From contig NC_057719.1 in NCBI RefSeq assembly GCF_004010195.1, positions 29,302,822 to 29,366,821 on the forward strand: a DNA stretch of 64,000 nt, read 5' to 3'. The notes under the pieces are model-generated. The model did not search any database. It was not told the DNA's origin and saw nothing but the letters and a program-made list of their open reading frames with translations. Every line of letters begins with the position of its first letter. The first letter of the stretch is position 1. Positions 38,230-50,419 of the stretch are shown here, in pieces. Made by a program: the position numbers and the translations under genes. This DNA is from Chiloscyllium plagiosum. Taxonomy: Eukaryota.

Positions 38230-39500
38230 TTTCTGGGGGCTGCTTGTGTGCTTTCTTACTGCTCAGTCACTTAGTGCCTACCTGTATACCCGGGGCATCC
38301 ATGCCATACCATACCTTGCTAATTAGCACAGTTGCATACCAGGCAGCTGATCAGCAGTCCTCAGTCTGGGAGGAGGCAGTGTGCTACATCAAATTCTCCC
38401 CTGCTCTATGTGCCAGCAGCTTACGCAGTGAACAAACTGCATATGCAGCAAGCAGGCAGCCATGTCTCAATGTCCATGGGGAAAACTGGTTCTGAAGTCA
38501 AGATAGGCACCTGTAAGACAGGGGGGCAAGACACAGTGAGTCAAGGGAAGCCTCTGATATCATTCCAGGAGATTTGCCATGGTCAGATGTCTGGTTGGAG
38601 TTTTGTTTAGGGGATTGTGCATCTGCAGTCCTGGGAAAGGGTCGCAGCCAGTCTAAGGGATAGGGTTAACACAATCAGAAAGACTTTTGGGTATCAGCCA
38701 AGAATCTGGGCATGTGTTATCCAGAGCTATTCTGGTCATGTTGGTCAAGGGAATTGGATACAGCCAGTCACTCAAATCCATCTACAGAAGCTAAAGACAA
38801 ATGGGGGTGTGGGTTCGGGGTAAAGTAACCATTTCCACAGGACAGAGCCTCAGCAGGCTACTCATTGGTAGTGTTTAATGTGAGCTGCACAACCATGTAG
38901 TCACTTGGTGGTTCTGCACACAAGGTGTCTTGCATTGATGTGTTAACACATTGATGTCCACTTCCAGAGCTGCGGACTTTGGAGGCCCATGTGGCAGAAG
39001 AATTAAAGGGGGAATATTGATCTCTGGCACAGGGTCTTCAGACTCTGGAGAAGGATGCAGTACAATTGTGAAGGGAGTTGGGGTGCAGGACCTGTAAGGT
39101 GATATTTGGTTGAGCATGTCTAGGAATGGTGTTATGTCATCCATGATCAGAAGCACCCTGGTTTCAAGGTGGGGGCAGGTTATGACCACACTAGGCATGG
39201 TCACTGTATATGCCAGGGGGCTACATGAGAAAGATGGGCAATGCAGGTGCATAAGGATTGGTTGGGTGGCGACTTTTGGGAAACATTAAGTCTCTGTGTG
39301 CGATGAACAACCAGCAAGTGATTGTGGTTGTTTGGATCTGGATGTCTGCACGCTCATCAGTTTAGAAGCTACTGGCAGAGGAGCACTCACTCTCAACACA
39401 GATTTCCATCCACGGAATCTCAACTGTAGCCATGAAGTGATGCTAGTTGGTGTAATACATATGATTAGCCCCTACACAAAGAAACTAACAACCACATGCA
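38230..39500. mobile_element. Old GC-richer interspersed repeat, possibly PIF/Harbinger-derived (may continue at 40966-41650 and 42750-43260)
   Basis: Compositional shift and weak resemblance only; no diagnostic intact motif recognised. Confidence 0.25.
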
Positions 39501-40040
39501 TGGTTAAATAACAAATATTTACACATAAGCTGAGAGTAACATTCAAGCCATTGACACTATTTCACAAAAGTGCCCTCAATAAGTTTTCTTCTTCCTCTCC
39601 TTCCCACTACATTTTAGGGTTCTTCCTGGTTATGTAGCTGGTGTGGGGCAGCCTGCTTAGCTATAGAGTGGATTAACACTGACGTTTGGTGGAGTCATGC
39701 TGGACACACTTTTTTTTCTGGACTGACCAGAGGTAAATTGACTTAGCTTGACTTGAACTTCTAAGTGGAGAAAGTGAGGTCTGCAGATGCTGGAGATCAG
39801 AGATGGAAATGTGTTGCTGGAAAAGCGCAGCAGGTCAGGCAGCATCTAGGGAACAGGAGAATCGACGTTTCGGACATTAGCCCTTCTTCAGGAATGAGGG
39901 AAGTTGGTCCAGCAGGCTAAGATAAAAGATAGGGAGGAGGGACTTGGGGGAGGGGCGTCGGAAATGTGATAGATGGAAAGAGGTCAAGGTGAGGGTGATA
40001 CGTCAGACTGGGGTGGGGGCGGAGAGGTCGGGAAGAAGAT

Positions 40041-40299
40041 NNNNNNNNNNNNNNNNNNNNNNNNNNNNNNNNNNNNNNNNNNNNNNNNNNNNNNNNNNNN
40101 NNNNNNNNNNNNNNNNNNNNNNNNNNNNNNNNNNNNNNNNNNNNNNNNNNNNNNNNNNNNNNNNNNNNNNNNNNNNNNNNNNNNNNNNNNNNNNNNNNNN
40201 NNNNNNNNNNNNNNNNNNNNNNNNNNNNNNNNNNNNNNNNNNNNNNNNNNNNNNNNNNNNNNNNNNNNNNNNNNNNNNNNNNNNNNNNNNNNNNNNNNN
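40041..40299. other. Assembly gap
   Basis: Run of N. Confidence 1.
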
Positions 40300-40855
40300 G
40301 GTGGGGGGGGAGGTGTGGGCGCAAGTCTTGCACCTCCTGCGGTTGCAGGGGAAGGTGCCGGGAGTGGAGGTTGGGTTGGTGGGGGGTGTGGATCTGACAA
40401 GGGAGTCACGGAGGGAGTGGTCTTTACGGAATGCTGATAGGGGAGGGGAGGGAAATATATCCTTGGTGGTGGGGTCCGTTCTCAACATTTCAATTCCCCC
40501 TCCCACTCCACCAAGGATATGCAGGTCTTTGGACTCCTCCATCGTCAGACCACAGTGAAACGACGGTTGGAGAAAGAACGCCTCATCTTCCGGCTAGGAT
40601 CCCTCCAACCACAAGGGATGAACTCGGATTTCACCAGTTTCCTCATTTCCCCTCCCCCCACCCTGTCTCAGTCAAACCCATCAAATTCAGCACCGCCTTC
40701 CTAACCTGCAATCTTCTTCCCGACCTCTCCGCCCCCACCCCAGTCTGACCTATCACCCTCACCTTGACCTCTTTCCACCCATCACATTTCCGACACCCCT
40801 CCCCGAGGTCCCTCCTCCCTATCTTTTATCTTAGCCTGCTGGACCAACTTCCCTC

Positions 40856-40892
40856 ATTCCTGAAGAAGGGCTAATGCCCGAAACGTCGATTC
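40856..40892 (+). ncRNA. Minimal hammerhead ribozyme motif (Penelope family A)
   Basis: AUUC-CUGAAGA-A-GGGC-UAAU-GCCC-GAAA-CG-UC-GAUUC; perfect 4-bp stem II. The inverted partner is at about 39858-39896. Confidence 0.7.
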
Positions 40893-41654
40893 TCCTGTTC
40901 CCTCGATGCTGCCTGACCTGCTGCGCTTTTCCAGCAACACATTTCCATCTTTGAACTTCTAAGTGTCAGTGGGACAACCAGAATAGAGATGGAGGACCTA
41001 AACACCTCGGCAGTGTCCTGAGTGAAAAGCTGCAGAGGGACGTGTGTGTATGTATGAGAGATTCATCCTGGTATCACCCGGTTTCCTTGTGAAGAGCACA
41101 CACCTGGTTGTTTTCCACCCGGCAGTTGCTGATCACTAGGTGAGGAAATGGAATTCTCAGTCTGTCCAACCTCCCCCAAGGCTGTTGAGCCTGACTCTCA
41201 ATGGCAGCTGCCATTTCCGTGGAGGTTGTATGTTTTGATGCAATTATGCAGGTTTCATCTGCCATTTCACCACAGATATCCATACTGCTACTGGTGTCGT
41301 GTTCTGTGGTTGATATTTCTCATTATCTATACATTGGGGTCCTCTCCTACCTAGGCCTGAGCAGGTGCCTGGTCTCTGATCTCTGGCAGTCCTTTGACTG
41401 CAAATAATCTAGAGTGTTTCTTCCTCAGATAGCTACAGAGCTGTCACTGTGGGATGCTCACCAGCTTGTGCTCCCACATTCTATTAAGCCTAATGTTCCC
41501 ATTCCTCTGTACCCTGGAGCTGGCTCTGAGACAAGTGGCAACCTTGGATCAGACTGACAGAATCTGGTGGTGTGGACTTGTCTGCAAAGAGATTCTCTGG
41601 ATCACTCTGTCCACCAGGATTTCCACGTTCCTGTTGGAGAATGGCAGTGCCAAC

Positions 41655-42750
41655 TAGACCAGTGAGCCTGACCTCAGTAGTGGGCAAGTTGTTGGAGGGA
41701 ATCCTGAGGGACAGGATGTACATGTATTTGGAAAGGCAAGGACCGATTAGGGATAGTCGACATGGCTTTGTGCGTGGGAAATCATGTCTCACAAACTTGA
41801 TTGAGTTTTTTGAAGAAGTAACAAAGAAGATTGATGAGGGCAGAGCAGTAGATGTGATCTATATGGACTTCAGTGAGACGTTCAACAAGGTTCCCCATGG
41901 GAGACTGATTAGCATGGTTAGATCTCATGGAATAAAGGGAGAACTAGCCATTTGGATACAGAACTGGCTCAAAAGGTGGAAGACAGANNNNNNNNNNNNN
42001 NNNNNNNNNNNNNNNNNNNNNNNNNNNNNNNNNNNNNNNNNNNNNNNNNNNNNNNNNNNNNNNNNNNNNNNNNNNNNNNNNNNNNNNNNNNNNNNNNNNN
42101 NNNNNNNNNNNNNNNNNNNNNNNNNNNNNNNNNNNNNNNNNNNNNNNNNNNNNNNNNNNNNNNNNNNNNNNNNNNNNNNNNNNNNNNNNNNNNNNNNNNN
42201 NNNNNNNNNNNNNNNNNNNNNNNNNNNNNNNNNNNNNNNNNNNNNNNNNNNNNNNNNNNNNNNNNNNNNNNNNNNNNNNNNNNNNCTTCGATTCTCCTGT
42301 TCCCTGGATGCTGCCTGACCTGCTGTGCTTTTCCAGCAACACATTTTCAGCTCTGTTTTCCCTGGAGCGTTGGAGGCTGAGGGGTGACCTTATAGATGTT
42401 TACAAAATTATGAGGGGCATGGATAGGATAAATAGACAAAGTCTTTTCCCTGGGATCGGGGAGTCCAGAACTAGAGGGAATAGGTTTAGGGCGAGAGGGG
42501 AAAGATATAAAAGAGACCTAAGGGGCAACTTTTTCACACAGAAAGTGTATGGAATGAGCTGCCAGAGGACGTGGTGGAGGCTGGTACAATTGCAACATTT
42601 AAGAGGCATTTGGATTGGTATATGGATAGGAAGGGTTTGGAGGGATATGGGCCGGATGCTGGCAGGTGGGACTAGATTGGGTTGGGATATCTGGTCGGCA
42701 TGGATGGGTTGGACCGGAGGGTCTGTTTCCATGCTGTACATCTCTATGAC
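41655..42750 (+). mobile_element. CR1 LINE ORF2 3' half, with gap and an embedded family A terminus (42286-42353)
   Basis: RPVSLTSVVGKLLEGILRD...HGFVRGKSCLTNLIEFFEEVT...DVIYMDFS. Confidence 0.95.
41988..42285. other. Assembly gap
   Basis: Run of N. Confidence 1.
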
Positions 42751-42827
42751 ATTTGTGGAATGCCAGTTCTCATTCAGGTGCACAACGAGCTTTTAAAGAT
42801 GGCGTAGATGCAAGGGATTCCAGTCTT

Positions 42828-43108
42828 TTAGATTACATTAAGTGTGGAAACAGGCCCTTCGGCCCAACAAGTCCACACCGACATACCCCTACATTTACCC
42901 CTTACCTAACACTACGGGCAATTTAGCATGGCCAATTCACCTGATCTGCACATCTTTGGACTGTGGGAGGAAACCGGAGCACCCGGAGGAAACCCACGCA
43001 GACACGGGGAGAATGTGCAAACTCCACACAGACAGTCGCCTGAGTCGGGAATTGAACCCAGGTCTCTGGCGCTGTGAGGCTGCAGTGCTAACCACTGTGC
43101 CACCGTGC
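42828..43108 (-). mobile_element. HE1-type SINE
   Basis: Reverse complement of the SINE at 12533-12870. Confidence 0.93.
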
Positions 43109-43447
43109 TGCTGCTGAGTGGCAAGTTTTTCTGGGAATGGTGTGGGCTAAGTTGGGGTAGAAATCGGATGTGAGAGATGCTATAGTGGCATAGTGGGAAA
43201 TTAAAGAGACAAATTAAGTAAGAGAAAGCAAGAAATCCTGCCTGGCTTCGTGACCTAAGACCCTACAAAGAAAAACAGTGCAACTTGTATTTAGTCAAAT
43301 AAAATGTAAGATCCATTCCCTTATACTTTCAGACCTTCTATTAAAACCTGCTGCTCCTTCAGTCTGGAAGGCTTCCTACTGGTCTTCCAGGTTCAACAGC
43401 CCATGAACCATCCTCAATTCAGCAAAGAACCTGTCTCTATGCCAACT

Positions 43448-44370
43448 GTTATGACTCATTGGGGTAGTGTGCTGGAAGTCAAGCATTTATTTTCCTAGTC
43501 ATCACAAATTCTCTAAAAGATTTTAGCTAACTATTCAAAGTACCCAATTTACCTGACTGACAAACCCAAGTTAAAAGGAAATACTTATTGGGATTCTATA
43601 CTTGAGAAAACAACTATTTATTTGCAGATTGATTTTAACCAATGTCAGAAAAGAAACACAAATTGCTAACTTATAACTTAAAGTCTACCTCATTAAAAAG
43701 AAATAACTCCCATACAAATATAACCAGGCACACAAAGAGACAAGGCAAGAGACAAAAAATTATGGGTGGGGAAGGAACAAAGAGAAGTCAGTGAAGTACA
43801 GTTCTGGCACCAATCCTGATTACAGAGAGTAGCGAGCTGCTATAATTTGTTTTACTTCACCACTCAAACAAGAGAGAAAGAGATGTTTTCTCTATTATAG
43901 GCTAAATGTTTCTGCTGCGTAGCCCAAACAAAAAGTGGCAGCCACTTGACCAGGAACCAGTCAAGAGCTTATTACTGTGCTGAGTATTCCTGAACACATG
44001 CAACTGGTCCTAATTGAAGAACCAATCAATAATCTGTCACTGGCAAAACACCGTGAAAACACACACAAACCCAAGATGCCTAACATCCTCCCACCTGCCC
44101 TCTGTTGGAAAAACGTAATCAATGAGTTCCAGTAATTCTTTTTAAAAATCATAGAAGCCCAATAGTGTGGAAGCAGGCCCACCGACCCTCTGAAGAGACA
44201 TCCCATCCAGACGCATGCCCCCACCTTATTCTTGTAACTGCATTTACCAAATCTACATCTCCTTTCACAGTCCCTAGTTTTAAAGCATTAATTTCAATTT
44301 TTTTGTGTACACATCCCAAAAATTAAAATGGTCTTAATACAACTAAGAGGATCCAGTTCATAATGTCACA
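43448..44370. mobile_element. Possible solo LTR
   Basis: tgttatga...tcataatgtcaca termini; includes a small SINE/CR1 tail fragment. Confidence 0.3.
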
Positions 44371-44574
44371 GCATTATGTAAGATGAGCTATTTGGATGGC
44401 CAATTGAAAATCTTAGAAACATCAAAAGAATAAATTCAGGGGAAGTGTTTGTGTAGTGGTAACCTCATGGACAAGTAATCCAGAATTCTGGGCTAATGTT
44501 CCAGGAATAAGAATGTGAATCTCACCATGGGAGATTGCAGTATTAAGGGAGTACAACATTGTTTGAGGGGTCAC

Positions 44575-45660
44575 CTTGATTTATTGTTTATTGATTGATT
44601 GTACCTACGTGCAATGAAAGGTTTTGCTTTGCGAGCAGTACAGGCAGATTGTAGCAAACAAGGACATACAAATCATAAGGGTACTTAGAGTGAGGCAAAA
44701 AAGATTATGATGGCACAGGAGATGCATAAAAGTAAGATCAACATTAGATTTGAAATTAGACAGGTCCATTCAGCAGTCTAATGACAGCAGGGAAGGAGCT
44801 GTTCTTGAACCTATTGGTGCATGTGTTCAAGCCTCTGTATTTTCTGCCTGATGGAAGAAAGCATTACCAGAGTGGGAGGGGTCTTCGATGATGTTGGCTG
44901 CCTTTCAGCTGCAATGAGAAGTGCCTTTACTTGGATGAGAGGTGGGCCTCTGTGATGGTCTGGGCTGTACACACAGGTTTCTGTAGTTTCTTATGGTCCT
45001 GGGCAGAGCAGTTGCTTTCTATGGTGCATCTGTAAACGTTGGTGAGGGTCCTTGTGCACATGCTGAATTTCCTAAGCGACCTGAGGAATAACAGCTGTTG
45101 TTATTCCTCCTTGATCATCGCATCTAAATAGGAGGTCCAGGACAGATTGTTGGTTGAGATTAGATTAGATTAGATTACTTACATTGCCCTTCGGCCCAAC
45201 AAGTCCACACCGACCCGCCAAAGCGCAACCCACCCATACCCCTACATTTACCTCTTCACCTAACACTACGGGCAATTTAGCATGGCCAATTCACCTGACC
45301 TGCACATCTTTGGACTGTGGGAGGAAACCGGAGCACCCGGAGGAAACCCACGCAGACACGGGGAGAATGTGCAAACTCCACACAGTCAGTCACCTGAGGC
45401 GGGATTTTAACCTGGGTCTCTGGTGCTGTGAGGCAGCAGTGCTAACCACTGTGCCACCCACATCATCACACCTCAAACCTTAAGGGTCTCAAACCTCTCC
45501 ACCTCAGCTCCATTGATGTAGATGGGGTGTCTCCTTTTCCTTTCTTCCTAAAGTCAATTATCACTTCTTTTGCTTTGAGACATTAAGAGAGAAGTTGTTA
45601 TCATTGCACCATGACAACAAGCACTCTTTCTCCTTCCTGCACTATGACTCATGGTTGCTT
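44575..45660 (-). mobile_element. Degraded non-CR1 LINE 3' part (L2 or Rex1/Babar-like), interrupted by a SINE
   Basis: 3' motif tttattg...gtac...gcaatgaaagg and body sequence ttcagcagtctaatgacagcagggaaggagctgttcttgaacct, recognised from memory of fish LINEs. Confidence 0.55.
45157..45458 (-). mobile_element. HE1-type SINE with (ttaga)n tail
   Basis: Reverse complement of the SINE at 12533-12870. Confidence 0.93.
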
Positions 45661-46049
45661 AAGAGTTTTGCATACCGATTCAAATAGATGCAAAAGATGG
45701 CATTATTTCCAAATCCTAGTTAATATCACCCTCAGCCATTATGATCAATACAAAGTTACCTCACTGGTTTTTGTGAAATTGCCAGACATAAAAATATTTC
45801 TTATTATAACAATATTATGGCTTTAAGAAGTATATTTTGTCCTGGTCTTTCTTCTAAGGAGAGTATTAAAGTAATAAAGAGAGAAAGGAGAGTATTTCAG
45901 ACAGAGGTGAAAAGCTGTCTATTTGAATCCAATAAAGTAAACAGCGTCAAAAACAAAAGTTGTTGAAAAAGCTCAGCTGGTCTGGCAGCGTCTGTGAAGA
46001 GAAATCAGAGTTAACAGTGCAGATCCTGTGACTCTTCTTCAAGCAGTGC

Positions 46050-47495
46050 ATGAGAGAGAGAGAGACAGACAGACAGACAACACTGCTAACTGATACAGCA
46101 GTGAACTTGAACAGTTAATGTTTTTGCTGTTTGAATTCATGTATCACTGGACATTGGAGTGTGGCTGGGGAAATTAACAAACAGGAAAATTTACAACTAA
46201 TCTTGGAGGGACCTGTTTGGGAGAGGTCACAACACAGAAACAGATAAGTGTGGCCTTATAGTAAGTCTGCAGTAGTGAGTAGAGTGTTTTTTTTCTTAAT
46301 TATATCTTATATTGAGATATGTCTCTTGATTAAACTTAAAAATATAAACCATAAGTATTAAATTAACCTTGAGCAGTGTTTTGTAGAGGAATAAACAATG
46401 CTATTTCTGAGTCTGTTGATTGAAAGAAGCAAAAATGGCCTTCAGTAGAGTGATATGCTCTTCTGGTCAGATGTGGGAGTTTAGGGAGAGTTTATGTGTT
46501 ACTGAGGATTATATCTGCAATAACTGCCGTTGGATGCGAATCCTGTCAGATTGAATGGATTAGCTGGAGAGACAGTTAGAGGTAGAGGTAATGAGGAATT
46601 TACAAAAGCAAGGGGATGTGATGGATGGCAGTTTTAGGAAGGGAGAAAAGTTACAGATAGATGGGTTAACTCCAGGAAAGGTAAGAGAGGTAGATAGGTA
46701 ATGCATGAGTCTCCTGTGGCTATCCCCATTTCAAACAAGTATGCTGTTTGGAAAATGTAGGTGGTGATGGATTTTCTGGGAAATGTAGCACGAACAGAGA
46801 CCTTGGAGTGCAAGTTCATAGCTCCTTGAAAGTAGAGTCTCAGGTAGATAGGATAGTGAAGGCGGCATTTGGTAGGCTTTCCTTCAATGATCAGAGTATT
46901 GAGTACAGGAGTTGGGAGATCATGTTGCAGCTGTACAGGATATTGGTTAGTTCACTTTTGGAATGGTGCATGCAATTCTGGTCTCCTATTGGAAGGATGT
47001 TGTGAAACTTGAAAAAGGTTCAGAAACTATTTACACGGTTGCCAGGGTTGGAAGATTTGAGCTATAGGGAGAGGTTGAATAGGCTACAGGTGTTTTCCCT
47101 GGAGCGTTGGAAGCTGAGGGGTGACTTTACAGAGGTTTATAAAATCATGAGGGGTATGGATAAGGTAAGTAGACAAGGTATTTTCCCTGAGGTGAGGGGT
47201 CTAGAACTAGAAAGCATAGGTTTAGGATGAGAGGCAAAAGATATAAAAGAGACCTAAGGGGCAACATTTTCATGCAGAGGGTGGTGCATGTGTGGGATGG
47301 ACTGCCAGAGAAAGTGGTGGAAGCTGGTACAATTGCAACATTTAAAAGGCATCTGGATGGGTGTATGAATAGGAAGGGTTGGGAGGGATTTGGGCTAGAT
47401 GCTGGCAGGTGGGACTAGATTGGGTTGGGATATCTGGTCGGCATGGACGAGTTGAACTGAACGGTCTGTTTCCATGCTGTAATCTCTATGACTTT
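46050..47495 (+). mobile_element. Internally deleted CR1 LINE (5'/ORF1-like part joined to the ORF2 3' end)
   Basis: atggccttcagtagagtgatatgc...tgtgggag resembles the ORF1 Zn-finger start; from about 46795 it reads RDLGVQVHSSLKVESQVDR...RLNRL..SLERWKLRGD. Confidence 0.8.
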
Positions 47496-48097
47496 ACTGT
47501 TTGGCGGTCTATTATTCTGTTAAGTTAACTAATCTATTATTCTGTTAAGTTTCTCATTCGAGTTGTCATTCCAATTTCTTCTTACTTTTGTTGTATCTTA
47601 ATTATAGTTTCTGAATGAAGTGTGTTTTACTTCAAGACTGGTGCATCACTAGAACTGTGGATGTGACAACTTAACCTCCAGAACCTATTCCTTTAAGGAC
47701 AATTACAGCAAAGGTAATAGTGGAAAAATTAATTCATTAATTTGGGATTTTACTCATTATGGGCTACCAATTTAAAATTTAATCAGATCAATGTTCTATC
47801 TTTATAGAACATACAACATAGAACAATACAGCGCAGAACAGGCCCTTCGGTCCTCAATGTTGTGCCGACCTGTGAACTATTCTCAGCTCGTCCCCCTATA
47901 CTATCCCACTATTTTTATGTCTAAAAATTTTCAGGATGTAATAAGCAATTCACTAATACTTGATTGAATGGTTCTTCAAAACATAGAATGAGTATTAAAG
48001 ATGCAGGATTAATTATAATTTGAGGTTTTCCTGCGACCTGACATATCAGAATATTTTACAGAACAGTACTACCTCATTCTGCTGGCTCCCTCTTTAC

Positions 48098-48206
48098 TTG
48101 CCACAGTCCTTCTCTCGCAGATCTTTCAGAACATGGCCAGTTGTCGAGTTACGAAACCATTTTTGATGAAGGACATTTCCACCAAAATTAAGAACAATGT
48201 AGGAGT
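48098..48206 (-). pseudogene. Exon relic: CBM14-like repeat (C-terminal part)
   Basis: gtacag| LLHCS*FWWKCPSSKMV/FRNSTTGH/C matches Y..C......CP...VFN..T..C. Confidence 0.55.
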
Positions 48207-48509
48207 CTGTACATACATAGAACAGTATAGAAAGTAAAAAGTTGTTGTCAGTGATTCTATATTTCTACAGAATGAAATCCCTTAACAGTAAAAAGCCAAA
48301 TACCTACCACCTTTTTCACATGGTTAGCCATGCTGCTAAAAAGAAATCAGATTTCGTTGAATGATATTTAACTCTGTTTTTATTGGCTTATAAAAGTTTT
48401 CTTCATGATTAGTTAGAAATATTTCCTTGCTATTAGCTAAATTCTAGTCCATAATTTCTCTGACATAATATGGCCCTTCTCTGTAACAGCAGAACAGTTG
48501 AGGAAGGGA

Positions 48510-49670
48510 ACTAGAACATAGAAAAGTACAGCACAGAACAGGCCCTTTGGCCTATGATGTTGTGCCTAGGTTTAATCCTAATGTAAAATATAGTAACTTA
48601 ACCTACGCACTCCTCAACTCACTGCTATCCATGTGCATGTCAGGCAGTCGCTTAAATGTCCCTAATGACTCTGCTTCCACCACCACCACTGGCTATACAT
48701 TCCATGCATTCACAACTCTCTGCATAAAGAACCTTCCTCTGACATCTCCTTTATATCTTCCTCCTAATATCTTTAAACTATGACCCCTCGTACCACTCAA
48801 TCCTGCCCTGGGGAAAAGTCTCTGGCTATTGATTCTATCTATTCCTCTCATTATTTTGTACTCCTCGATCAGGTCTCCTCTCTTCCTCCTTCTCTCCAGA
48901 GAGAAAAGTCCAAGCTTATTCAACCTTTCTCCATAAGGCAAGCCCTCCAGTCCAGGCAGCATCCTTGTAAACCTTCTTTGCACCCTCTCCAAAGCCCCGG
49001 TCTTTCCTATAGTAGGGCGACCAGAACTGGACACAAAATTCCAAGTGTGGTCTCACCAGGGACTTGTAGGGCTGTAGCAAAACCTCACGACTCTTAAACT
49101 CAATCCCCCTGTTAATGAAAGCCAAAACACCATATGCATTCTTAACAACTCTATCCACTTGGGTGGCAACTTTGAAGGATCTATGTACTTGCACATTTCT
49201 GTTCCCCCACACTTCCAAGAATCCTGTCATTAATCCTATATTCAGTATTCGAGTTAGACCTTGCAAAATGCATCACTTCGCATTTATCCAGGTTGAACTC
49301 TATCTGCCATTTCTCAGCCCAACTTTGCATCCTGTCTATGTCGCGCTGCAGCCTGCAATAGCCTTCTATACTATTGACGACACCTCCAATCTTTGTGTTA
49401 TCTGCAAATTTACTAACCCACCCCTCAACCTCCTCATCCAAGTCATTTATAAAAACTATAAAGAGCAGAGGCCCAAGAACAGAGCCCTGCGGGACCCCAC
49501 TCAACACTGACCTCCAGGCAGAATACTTTGCATCTACAACCACTCTCTGCCTTCTGTCATCCAACCAATTCTGAATTCAGATAGCTAAATCTCCCTGTAT
49601 CCCATACTTCCTGAATTTATGAATGAGCCTACCATGGGGAACCTTATCAAATGCCTTGCTGAATTCAATT
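48510..49670 (-). mobile_element. CR1 LINE ORF2 3' half
   Basis: SGVPQGSVLGPLLFIVFINDLD...SKFADNTK; same subfamily as 15410-16770. Confidence 0.97.
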
Positions 49671-50419
49671 AAACTGAGAACTGAGAAAAGGCAACAGCAA
49701 GTAAAATTGCATTTATTTAGCAACTGAACATGTGAAATATAATCCTGTCATAAATATGCTAACTGCAGGCACTACAAATAGCAAATGAAACAAACCACCA
49801 GGTATTTGAAAGAACAAAAATGTTGGAAAAAACTAAGCAGGTAACTGTGGAGGCAAACAGAGTTGATGGAATGTTACATTAGAATTGTATTTAGCATGTT
49901 TAAAGAAGGTTGTGATGCTGGAAAGAAGAGGCATTTATTCTTTAAATAACACAGTTGGTTTTTTTGTATTCAGTTGAACAGACGGATTTAGAACTTTAAT
50001 GCTGCAATTAAGTTATAAGCTTAACAGAAATTGTCAATTAGTTGATTGCGGTTGCTTTAATAGTTGTCAATTACTGTAGCAGTCACAAACTTTCTGTGAA
50101 AGAGAAGTCTGAAGCCCTATGTTCCTGTAAGAGAACAAATTCCTCTTCATCGCCATTGTAAATGGGAGGATCCCTATTTTAAAACTGTTTTGCCTCTTCT
50201 TGCTATCACCATATCTGAAAATATCCTCCCAGCGTCAATCCTGACTATCCCTTTAATAGTTGCTATTTATGTTTCAATAAGAGCAACTCTCATTTTCCTA
50301 AACTCCAATGGAGTATAGATCCAAACTACACAATTCAAGAACATTTCTCATGACAGATGTAAAGCATGGAAACAGACCCTTCGGTCCAACGTGTCTATGC
50401 TGATCAGATATTCTAAATT

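Larger units (their letters stand above)
39768..40950. mobile_element. Penelope-like element (family A, Neptune-type Cys linker) with long inverted termini; contains an assembly gap
   Basis: Minus ORF has DHSLRDSLVRS...PGTFPCNRRRCKTCAH. Segments 39798-40040 and 40710-40950 are inverted copies. TSD ttgaacttctaagtg at 39753-39767 and 40951-40965. Confidence 0.92.
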
